64,000 bases of DNA from Chloroflexota bacterium (GTDB lineage: Bacteria; Chloroflexota; Limnocylindria; Limnocylindrales; CSP1-4), in the NCBI GenBank assembly GCA_016191345.1, contig JACPOU010000001.1, forward strand, positions 339-64,338, given 5' to 3'. Both the position numbers and the translations under genes were made by a program. Positions within the stretch are counted from its first letter, which is position 1. The number at the start of each line of letters is the position of its first letter. A model generated the notes under the pieces. The model saw only the letters and a program-made list of their open reading frames with translations, searched no databases and was not told where the DNA came from. Of the stretch, positions 18,171-25,515 are shown piece after piece.

Positions 18171-19164
18171 CCGCCTGCTCGGCCGGGGCCGCGAGGCTGC
18201 GCCTGCGGAGCCCGTGGATGCGAAGAGCGCTGTCTGGAACCGCGTCCAGCTGGCCCGCAATATCCGGCGGCCGCGAACCCTGGACATCCTCGGCGAGATC
18301 GCCGATGAGGTCGTGGAGCTGCACGGCGACCGGGCGTTCGGCGACGACGCGGCGATGGTCGCCGGATTCGCCCGGATCGAGGGCCGGCGGATCGCCTTCG
18401 TGGGCCAGCAGAAGGGCGCCGACACGGACGAGAACATCCGGCGCAACTTCGGGATGCCCCATCCCGAGGGCTATCGCAAGGCGATGCGGGTCATGGAGCT
18501 CGCGGAGCGGTTCGGGCTGCCGATCGTCAGCTTCGTGGACGTCCCGGGCGCCCACCCCGGCCCCGAATCCGAGGAGCGCGGCATCGCCGATTCGATCGCC
18601 CGCTCCATCGCCCTCATGACCCGCCTGCGGACGCCGATCGTGGCGATCATCACGGGCGAAGGCGGCTCCGGCGGCGCGCTCGCGATCGCGGTCGGCGACG
18701 TCGTCGTCGCTCTCGAGAACGCGGTCTACTCCGTCATCAGCCCGGAGGGCTGCGCCTCGATCCTCTGGCGGACCGGCGACGAGGCCCCGACCGCGGCCCT
18801 CGCGATGCGGATGTCCGCGGACGACCAGCTCGCCCTCGGCGTCATCGACATCGTGGTCCCCGAGCCGGGGGAGGGGGCCCACGCGGATCCCGCCGAGACG
18901 GCGCGCCGGCTGCGGGCCGTGATCCTCGCCGAGGTGGACCGCCTCGCCCGGATCGACCGCGACGAGCTCGTCGAGGCGCGCTACCGGCGCTACCGGGCGC
19001 TGGGCGCCTACACTGAGGTCGCCGCGCCGGCGGTCGTTCCGCCGCCCAACCGGGGGCTGGGCGATCGGCTGCGCGACCTGCTCGATCCGACCCGCTGGTC
19101 GGTCGGGGTCCCGAGCGCCTGGCCGTCGCGCCGCGACGAGCCACCCGCCCGAGAGGAGGTCTGA
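18163..19164 (+). CDS. accA: Acetyl-CoA carboxylase carboxyltransferase subunit alpha
   Basis: Contains RPRTLDIL, GQQKG, NFGMPHPEGYRKA and ITGEGGSGGALA. It overlaps accD by 8 nt. Confidence 0.9.
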   Translation: MVDRLLGRGREAAPAEPVDAKSAVWNRVQLARNIRRPRTLDILGEIADEVVELHGDRAFGDDAAMVAGFARIEGRRIAFVGQQKGADTDENIRRNFGMPHPEGYRKAMRVMELAERFGLPIVSFVDVPGAHPGPESEERGIADSIARSIALMTRLRTPIVAIITGEGGSGGALAIAVGDVVVALENAVYSVISPEGCASILWRTGDEAPTAALAMRMSADDQLALGVIDIVVPEPGEGAHADPAETARRLRAVILAEVDRLARIDRDELVEARYRRYRALGAYTEVAAPAVVPPPNRGLGDRLRDLLDPTRWSVGVPSAWPSRRDEPPAREEV

Positions 19165-19167
19165 CGG

Positions 19168-19824
19168 GTGCCCGACGAGCGCACGACCCGCGACGACGAG
19201 GCCCGCTCCGCCGACCACGCCGGCATCGAGCGGCTGGCCGACGTCCTGGTTCCCGCCCTCGTCGCGAAGCTCGGCACCCTGAACGTCGGCGAGCTCGAGG
19301 TCCGCGAGGGCGAGTGGCGCATCCGTCTCCGCCGTCCCGCGGGCATGGGGCCCACCTACGGTCGCCGGGCCACGGACCGGCCGTCACGCTCCCATCCGGG
19401 CCACGAGCAGCACGGCCATGCGCCGGGCGCCCTGGAGGCGCATCGCGCGACAGCCGGACGTCCGGCGACCCTTGCCGCCGCCAGTGCCAACGGCGCGACC
19501 GCCGCCATGAACGGCGCCGCCGGTCCCGTCCTCGCCGCGGTCGGGCCCGGTCGCAGCGGAGCGGACGGCGCCGGCACGCCCGATCGGGCCCAGATCGCGA
19601 CCTCGCCCGCGGTCGGCGTCTTCCAGCCCGGCCCGAAGGCGGTCGGCGGGACGCGGGTCCGGGCCGGCGATCGCCTGGGCGTCGTGGACATGCTCGGCGT
19701 GCCCCAGGAGGTCGTCGCGCCCGCGGACGCGATCGTGGTCGGCGTCATCGTGGACGCCGGCACGGCCGTGGAGTACGGCCAGGAGCTGATCCACCTCGAG
19801 CCCGCTCCGGCGGAGGCTCGCTGA
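19168..19824 (+). CDS. BCCP-like biotinyl/lipoyl-domain protein lacking the biotin-accepting lysine
   Basis: The N-terminal segment (LNVGELEVREGEWRIRLRRP) and the C-terminal hairpin domain are BCCP-like. At the position of E-A-M-K-M it reads V-D-M-L-G (GDRLGVVDMLGVPQEVVAP), and no lysine occurs anywhere in the hairpin. The GTG start is 3 nt after the accA stop, and its TGA shares one base with the accC ATG. Confidence 0.75.
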   Translation: MPDERTTRDDEARSADHAGIERLADVLVPALVAKLGTLNVGELEVREGEWRIRLRRPAGMGPTYGRRATDRPSRSHPGHEQHGHAPGALEAHRATAGRPATLAAASANGATAAMNGAAGPVLAAVGPGRSGADGAGTPDRAQIATSPAVGVFQPGPKAVGGTRVRAGDRLGVVDMLGVPQEVVAPADAIVVGVIVDAGTAVEYGQELIHLEPAPAEAR

Positions 19825-21194
19825 TGTTCCGCAAGATCCTCATCGCCAACCGCGGCGAGATCGCCCTGCGGATCCTCCGCGCCTGCCGGACCCTCGGCGT
19901 CGAGGCCGTCGTCGCCTACAGCGAGGCGGATCGCGACAGCCTCCCCGTCCAGCTCGCCGAAGAGGCGATCTGCATCGGCCCGGCCGACGCGCGGCGCTCG
20001 TACCTCTCGGCCCCGGCGGTCATCTCCGCGGCGATCGTGACCGGCTCTGATGCCATCCACCCCGGCTACGGCTTCCTGTCCGAGGACGAGACCTTCGCCG
20101 AGGTGGTCCGGGCCCACGACCTGACGTTCATCGGCCCGCCGCCCGAGGTCCTCGACCGGTTCGCCTCGAAGGAGGGGACCCGCCGCCTCCTCGGCGACTA
20201 CGGACTCCCGACGATCCCGGGGTCGCGGGGCATGCTCCGCGACGACGAGCACGCCCTCGAGGAGGCCGAGCGGATCGGCTACCCGGTCCTCATCAAGCCC
20301 TCGGCCGGCGGCGGCGGCAAGGGGATGCGGATGGTCCGCACCCCGCGCGAGCTCGAATCGGCCATCAAGGTCTGCCGCTCCGAGGCGAAGTCGGCGTTCG
20401 GCGACGACTCCCTGTACCTCGAGAAGTGGCTGGAGGACAACCGCCACGTGGAGGTCCAGGTCGCGGTCGATCGCTACGGCCACGGCGTGCATCTCGGCGA
20501 GCGCGACTGCTCCGTCCAGCGTCGCCACCAGAAGATCCTCGAGGAGGCCCCGACCCCGGCGCTCTCGCCGGCCGCCCGTGCCGAACTCTGCGAGCTGGCC
20601 GTCCGGGCCGTCGTCGAGGCCGGCTACGAGAACGTGGGCACCCTCGAGTTCCTCGTCGACGCGAAGGGCGACTTCTACTTCATCGAGATCAACTGCCGGA
20701 TCCAGGTGGAGCACCCCGTGACGGAGATGCTGACCGGCATCGACCTCGTCGCGACCCAGATCCGGATCGCGGCGGGGGAGCCGCTCGGCTTCAGCCAGGC
20801 CGACGTCCGGCCGCGCGGCCATGCCATCGAGTTCCGGATCAACGCCGAGGACCCCGAGCACGAGTTCCGGCCCGGGGCCGGGGTCGTGGAGGGCTACCAC
20901 GCCCCGGGCGGGCCGGGCATCCGGATGGACTCGCACCTCTACCCCGGCTACGAGGTCCCGCCGTTCTACGACTCCCTGCTCGGCAAGCTCGTGGCCTGGG
21001 GGCCGGACCGCGAGACGGCGATCGCCCGGGGCCGGGCGGCCCTCGACGAGCTCGTCGTCGACGGCATCGTCACGAACGTCGAGATCCACAAGGCCCTCCT
21101 CGCGAACGAGATGTTCCTCGAGGGCCGGATGACGACGAACCTCCTCGACCGGGTCGGCAGCGCGGCGTTCCTCGCCGCCGCGGCCCGGACCTGA
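19824..21194 (+). CDS. accC: Acetyl-CoA carboxylase biotin carboxylase subunit
   Basis: Starts MFRKILIANRGEIALRI. The ATP-grasp core includes GYPVLIKPSAGGGGKGMR and EINCRIQVEHPVTE. Confidence 0.93.
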   Translation: MFRKILIANRGEIALRILRACRTLGVEAVVAYSEADRDSLPVQLAEEAICIGPADARRSYLSAPAVISAAIVTGSDAIHPGYGFLSEDETFAEVVRAHDLTFIGPPPEVLDRFASKEGTRRLLGDYGLPTIPGSRGMLRDDEHALEEAERIGYPVLIKPSAGGGGKGMRMVRTPRELESAIKVCRSEAKSAFGDDSLYLEKWLEDNRHVEVQVAVDRYGHGVHLGERDCSVQRRHQKILEEAPTPALSPAARAELCELAVRAVVEAGYENVGTLEFLVDAKGDFYFIEINCRIQVEHPVTEMLTGIDLVATQIRIAAGEPLGFSQADVRPRGHAIEFRINAEDPEHEFRPGAGVVEGYHAPGGPGIRMDSHLYPGYEVPPFYDSLLGKLVAWGPDRETAIARGRAALDELVVDGIVTNVEIHKALLANEMFLEGRMTTNLLDRVGSAAFLAAAART

Positions 21195-21231
21195 CCATCA
21201 CGCCCAGCCCCACCCGAACCGGAGCCTGCCC

Positions 21232-21687
21232 GTGACCGAGACGATCCACACGACCCGCGAGATCGAGGCGCTCATCCCGCATCGATGGCCGATCCTCATG
21301 GTCGACCGGATCATCGAATACGACGCCGAGGCGAAGCGGATCGTCGGGATCAAGGGCATCACCGCGACGGAGTGGTGGGCCCAGGGCCACTTCCCGGGCC
21401 TGCCGGTCCTGCCGGGCGTCCTCCAGGTGGAGGCGCTCGCCCAGACGATGGCCGTCTACGTCGCGAAGCAGCCGGGCTTCGGCGAGCGGATCGGCCTGTT
21501 CGCGGGCATCGACGACTGCCGCTTCAAGCGGGTCGTCGTCCCGGGCGACACGCTCCGCCTCGAGATCACGATGGAGAAGCTGGGCAGCCGCTTCGGCAAG
21601 GCGAAGGGCGTGGCGAGCGTCGACGGGCAGGTCGCGTGTGAAGCAACGCTGTCCTTCATCATCCCGCCGGAAGGCGTCCTCCGATGA
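21232..21687 (+). CDS. fabZ: 3-hydroxyacyl-[ACP] dehydratase
   Basis: Hot-dog fold signature: HRWPILMVDRI...GHFPGLPVLPGVLQVEALAQ. Confidence 0.9.
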   Translation: MTETIHTTREIEALIPHRWPILMVDRIIEYDAEAKRIVGIKGITATEWWAQGHFPGLPVLPGVLQVEALAQTMAVYVAKQPGFGERIGLFAGIDDCRFKRVVVPGDTLRLEITMEKLGSRFGKAKGVASVDGQVACEATLSFIIPPEGVLR

Positions 21688-22430
21688 CCGCCAAGATCGC
21701 GGTGCTCAGCGACATCCATGGCAACGTCATCGCCCTCGAGGCGGTCCGCAAGGCGATCGGCAGGGAGAAGCCGGATGCGGTGCTGATCGCGGGCGACCTC
21801 GCCATGAACGGCCACGATCCCGCCGGCACGATCGACCTGCTGCGGCGCATGGAGGGCGACGGCGCGATCGTGGTCCAGGGCAACACCGACGTCGCGGTCG
21901 CGGACTTCGACTACGCGGCGGCCTTCCCGTGGCTGACGGACGGTGTCCCGGACGCGATGCAGGATGCCGCGGAGTGGGCCCACGACGCGCTCGAGAACGA
22001 GCGGCTGGACTGGCTGCGCCGCCTGCCCGCCGAGCGGCGGATCCGGCTCGAGGACACGCTCGTGCTCGTGACCCATGCCTCGCCGGGTTCGCAGACCGCG
22101 GGCTTCGATCGCGACCTCGATGCGTCCGTCACCCTCGACCGGCTGTCGGGCACGGATGCCCGGCTCATCTGCTGCGGCCATACCCACATTCCCGAGGTCC
22201 GCGACTTCGGCTGGAAGCAGATCGTCAACGCCGGCAGTGCCGGCTACGTCTTCGACGGCGACCCCACCGCTTCGTGGGCCCTCGTCACGCTCGACGGCGA
22301 GTCGGTGACCGCGGAGATCCGCCGGACCGAGTTCGACGCGCTGGCCGCCGCGAACGCGATCTCGGCCCGCGGCCTCCCCGGCGACGTCTACCGCGCCGCG
22401 ACGGTGCGCACGGGGAAGCTCGTCCGTTGA
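21684..22430 (+). CDS. Metallophosphoesterase family protein (YfcE-like calcineurin-fold phosphodiesterase)
   Basis: Motifs are AVLSDIHGN, GDLAMNG, GNTD and CCGHTHIP. Its ATG overlaps the fabZ stop (ATGA), and its TGA overlaps the fabF TTG (TTGA). Confidence 0.8.
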   Translation: MTAKIAVLSDIHGNVIALEAVRKAIGREKPDAVLIAGDLAMNGHDPAGTIDLLRRMEGDGAIVVQGNTDVAVADFDYAAAFPWLTDGVPDAMQDAAEWAHDALENERLDWLRRLPAERRIRLEDTLVLVTHASPGSQTAGFDRDLDASVTLDRLSGTDARLICCGHTHIPEVRDFGWKQIVNAGSAGYVFDGDPTASWALVTLDGESVTAEIRRTEFDALAAANAISARGLPGDVYRAATVRTGKLVR

Positions 22431-23680
22431 CCGCGCCGCGCGTCGTCGTCACCGGGATGGGCGCGCTGTCGGCGCTCGGCAACGACGTCGCCTCCACGTG
22501 GGCGGGGCTGGTCGCCGGCCGGTCCGGGATCCGGACGATCGAGGCGTTCGACCCCGCCCGGATCGATTCCCGGATGGCCGGCGAGGTGCGCGACTTCGAT
22601 GCCAGCGGCGTCCTCGACCGCAAGGACATGCGCCGGACCGACCGCTACATCCAGTTCGGGCTGGTCGCCGCGCGCGAGGCGCTCGACGAGGCCGGGTTCC
22701 CGGGGCGGATGGACGGCGAGCTCGCGGAGCGGACCGGGGTCATCGTGGGCTCGGGCCTCGGCGGCGTGTCCACGCTCTTCGAGAACGTCCTGCTCATGGC
22801 CGAGCGCGGCCCGGGCCGGATCAGCCCGTTCTTCATCCCGATGGGCATCGCCAACGTCGCCGCGGGCCAGATCGCGATCCAGTTCGGGCCGCTCGGGCCG
22901 AACTGGGCGACGGTCTCCGCGTGCGCCACGGGCGCCCATGCGATCGGCGAGGCGTGGGAGACGATCCGCCGCGGCGACGCGGACGTGATGCTCGCCGGTG
23001 GCGTCGAGGCCGGCATCCACGAGGCGGTCGTCGGCGGCTTCGCCTCGATGAAGGCCCTCTCCACCCGGAACGACGATCCGGCGGCAGCCTCGCGCCCGTT
23101 CGACGAGGGCCGCGACGGCTTCGTCATCGGCGAGGGCGCCGGCGTCCTCGTCCTCGAGTCGCTCGAGCACGCCACGGACCGCGGCGCGGAGCCGCTCGGG
23201 GAGCTGGTCGGCTACGGCGCCACCGCCGACGCCTCGCACATCACCCTGCCGGCGCCCGGTGGGATCGGCGCGGTCCGGGCGGCGCGGCGGGCGCTCGAGA
23301 AGGCCGGGCTGCGGCCGGAGGACGTCGACCACGTGAACGCCCACGCCACGTCCACGCCCGAGGGCGATCGGGCCGAGCTGCAGGCGATCCACACGATCTT
23401 CGGGGACCACGCGCCGGCCGTCGCCGTCACCGCCAACAAGTCGATGCTCGGGCACACCCTCGGGGCGGCCGGGGCCCTCGAGGCCATCGCGGTGATCCAG
23501 GCGCTCCGGACCGGGACGGTGCCGCCCACGATCAACCTGGAGCGGCCCGATCCGGCGGGCGACGGCCTGGACCTGACCCCGGGGCTGGCCACGCGGCGCG
23601 AGATGCGCATCGGGCTCAGCAACTCGTTCGGGTTCGGCGGCCAGAACGCCGCCCTGATCCTCCGGCGGTGGGACGGATGA
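22427..23680 (+). CDS. fabF: Beta-ketoacyl-[ACP] synthase II
   Basis: Contains RVVVTGMGALSALG, the active-site region ATVSACATGAHAIG, plus NAHATSTPEGD and SNSFGFGGQNAAL. The TTG start at 22427 is inferred because no ATG or GTG lies upstream of the conserved N-terminus. Confidence 0.9.
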   Translation: MTAPRVVVTGMGALSALGNDVASTWAGLVAGRSGIRTIEAFDPARIDSRMAGEVRDFDASGVLDRKDMRRTDRYIQFGLVAAREALDEAGFPGRMDGELAERTGVIVGSGLGGVSTLFENVLLMAERGPGRISPFFIPMGIANVAAGQIAIQFGPLGPNWATVSACATGAHAIGEAWETIRRGDADVMLAGGVEAGIHEAVVGGFASMKALSTRNDDPAAASRPFDEGRDGFVIGEGAGVLVLESLEHATDRGAEPLGELVGYGATADASHITLPAPGGIGAVRAARRALEKAGLRPEDVDHVNAHATSTPEGDRAELQAIHTIFGDHAPAVAVTANKSMLGHTLGAAGALEAIAVIQALRTGTVPPTINLERPDPAGDGLDLTPGLATRREMRIGLSNSFGFGGQNAALILRRWDG

Positions 23681-24288
23681 GCGACGGCGAGCCCGAGATG
23701 GACCCGGATCCCGCCATGGACCCGAGTGCGCCGGAGCCGGGGGCTCTCGCGCCCGAGGCCGGGGCACTCGCGCCCGGCGACCCTTCGGAGGAGCCTGCCC
23801 CGCCCCTGACCGATCCGGGCGACATCGCCCTCCTGGCGCTGATCGACCGGCTCGCCGGCCTCCTCGACCGGTCCGAGCTCTCCGAGCTCGAGGTCCAGGT
23901 CGGCGGGACCGGGATCGTCCTGCGAAAGCCTGTCGCGATCGCGCCCGTCGTCCCCGCGTCCACGGCGGCCGTGGCCCCGGCAGCAGGGCAGGGGAGCGCC
24001 GGCGCGCCCGGCGCTGAGGCGTCGGCGGAGGCGCCGGCCGCGCCATCGAAGCCGTCCGTGAAGGCGCCGCTGACGGGGATCTGGTACGGCTCCCCGTCGC
24101 CGGGCTCGGCGCCGTACGTCACGGTCGGCGGCGAGGTCGCCGCCGGGCAGGTCATCGGGCTCATCGAGGCGATGAAGCTCTTCAACGAGATCAAGAGCGA
24201 CCTGTCCGGCCGCGTCGTCCGGATCCACGCGGAGCCAGGGAAGCTCGTCAAGGCCAGGCAGCCGCTCATCGAGGTCGAACCGCTGTGA
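23677..24288 (+). CDS. accB: Acetyl-CoA carboxylase biotin carboxyl carrier protein (canonical, with biotinyl lysine)
   Basis: The C-terminal domain carries the canonical motif GLIEAMKLFNEIKSD. A Pro/Ala-rich linker is present. Its ATG overlaps the fabF stop. Confidence 0.85.
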   Translation: MSDGEPEMDPDPAMDPSAPEPGALAPEAGALAPGDPSEEPAPPLTDPGDIALLALIDRLAGLLDRSELSELEVQVGGTGIVLRKPVAIAPVVPASTAAVAPAAGQGSAGAPGAEASAEAPAAPSKPSVKAPLTGIWYGSPSPGSAPYVTVGGEVAAGQVIGLIEAMKLFNEIKSDLSGRVVRIHAEPGKLVKARQPLIEVEPL

Positions 24289-25502
24289 CCAACCCGGGCA
24301 CCGCGCCGCGCGCGCACATCACCGGCTGGGGGCGCTACGTCCCGTCGCAGGTCCTCACCAATGCCGACCTCGAGCGGATGGTGGACACGAACGACGAATG
24401 GATCGTGTCGCGGACCGGGATCCGCGAGCGACGCGTGGCCGCCGCCGACGAGACGACGGCCTCGATGGCCGCCGTCGCGAGCCTCCGGGCGATCCGGACC
24501 GCCGGCATCGACCCGGACGAGATCGACCTCATCCTCCTCGCGACCCTGACGCCCGACTACTGGATGCCCTCGACGGCGGCGCTCGTCAAGGAGGCGATCG
24601 GCAACACGCGGGCCGCGGCGATGGACGTGGCCGCCGCCTGCTCCGGGTTCGTCTATGCCTTCTCGACGGCCCAGGCGTACATCGCGTCGGGGCTCGCGAA
24701 GCACGTCCTCGTGATCGGCGCGGAGCTGCTCACCCGCTTCCTCGACTACACCGACCGGAGCACCTGCATCCTCTTCGGCGACGGCGCCGGGGCGGTCGTC
24801 GTGTCCGCCTCGAACGAACCCGGCGGAACCCTGGGCGTGGAGTTGACCACCGAGCCCCAGGGCGCCTACATGATCTGGCTTCCCGCCGGCGGGGCCAAGA
24901 GCCCGCCCTCGAGCGAGACGATCGCCCGAGGCGAGCACTACATCCGGATGGAAGGCCGGGAGACGTACCGCTTCGCCACCCGCACGCTCGCCTCGACCGC
25001 GCTGGCCTCGGTGCGGAAGGCCGGCCTGGAACCGTCCGACGTCTCGCTGTTCATCCCGCACCAGGCGAACATCCGGATCATCGAGGCCGTCGCCAAGGGC
25101 CTCGACCTGCCGATGGAGCGGATGTTCGTGAACCTGGACCGCTACGGGAACACGTCCGCCGCGTCCGTGCCCATCGCCCTCGCCGAGGCGGTCAACGAGG
25201 GCCGCGTGCAGGTCGGCGACAACATCTGCATCGTCGCCTTCGGCGCGGGCTTCACGTCGGGCGCGGCCACGATCGAGTGGACCGCGGACCCGGCCCGCGG
25301 CGTGGCCGGCGACGTGGCCGTCGGGCCGGCCGATGTCCACGTCCGGCTGCCGGTCGACTGGGACTCGGTGGACCCGATCCCGCCGGCCCTCGCCGAGCTC
25401 ATGGCGCGGCCGGGCCTCGTCAACCCGCCACTGGACGATGTGGTCCCGGGGGAGCCGCCGGCCGAACCCGCGGTCCCGGCGGCCTCGACCTCCGGACGCT
25501 GA
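24285..25502 (+). CDS. fabH: Beta-ketoacyl-[ACP] synthase III with a ~75-aa C-terminal extension
   Basis: Contains ITGWGRYVP, NDEWIVSRTGIRERR, the active-site AAACSGFVYA, plus HQANIRI and GNTSAASVP. Extra residues follow the usual C-terminus (...AGFTSGAATIEW). The GTG start overlaps the accB stop. Confidence 0.88.
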   Translation: MTNPGTAPRAHITGWGRYVPSQVLTNADLERMVDTNDEWIVSRTGIRERRVAAADETTASMAAVASLRAIRTAGIDPDEIDLILLATLTPDYWMPSTAALVKEAIGNTRAAAMDVAAACSGFVYAFSTAQAYIASGLAKHVLVIGAELLTRFLDYTDRSTCILFGDGAGAVVVSASNEPGGTLGVELTTEPQGAYMIWLPAGGAKSPPSSETIARGEHYIRMEGRETYRFATRTLASTALASVRKAGLEPSDVSLFIPHQANIRIIEAVAKGLDLPMERMFVNLDRYGNTSAASVPIALAEAVNEGRVQVGDNICIVAFGAGFTSGAATIEWTADPARGVAGDVAVGPADVHVRLPVDWDSVDPIPPALAELMARPGLVNPPLDDVVPGEPPAEPAVPAASTSGR

Positions 25503-25515
25503 GCGGAGGGCAGGC

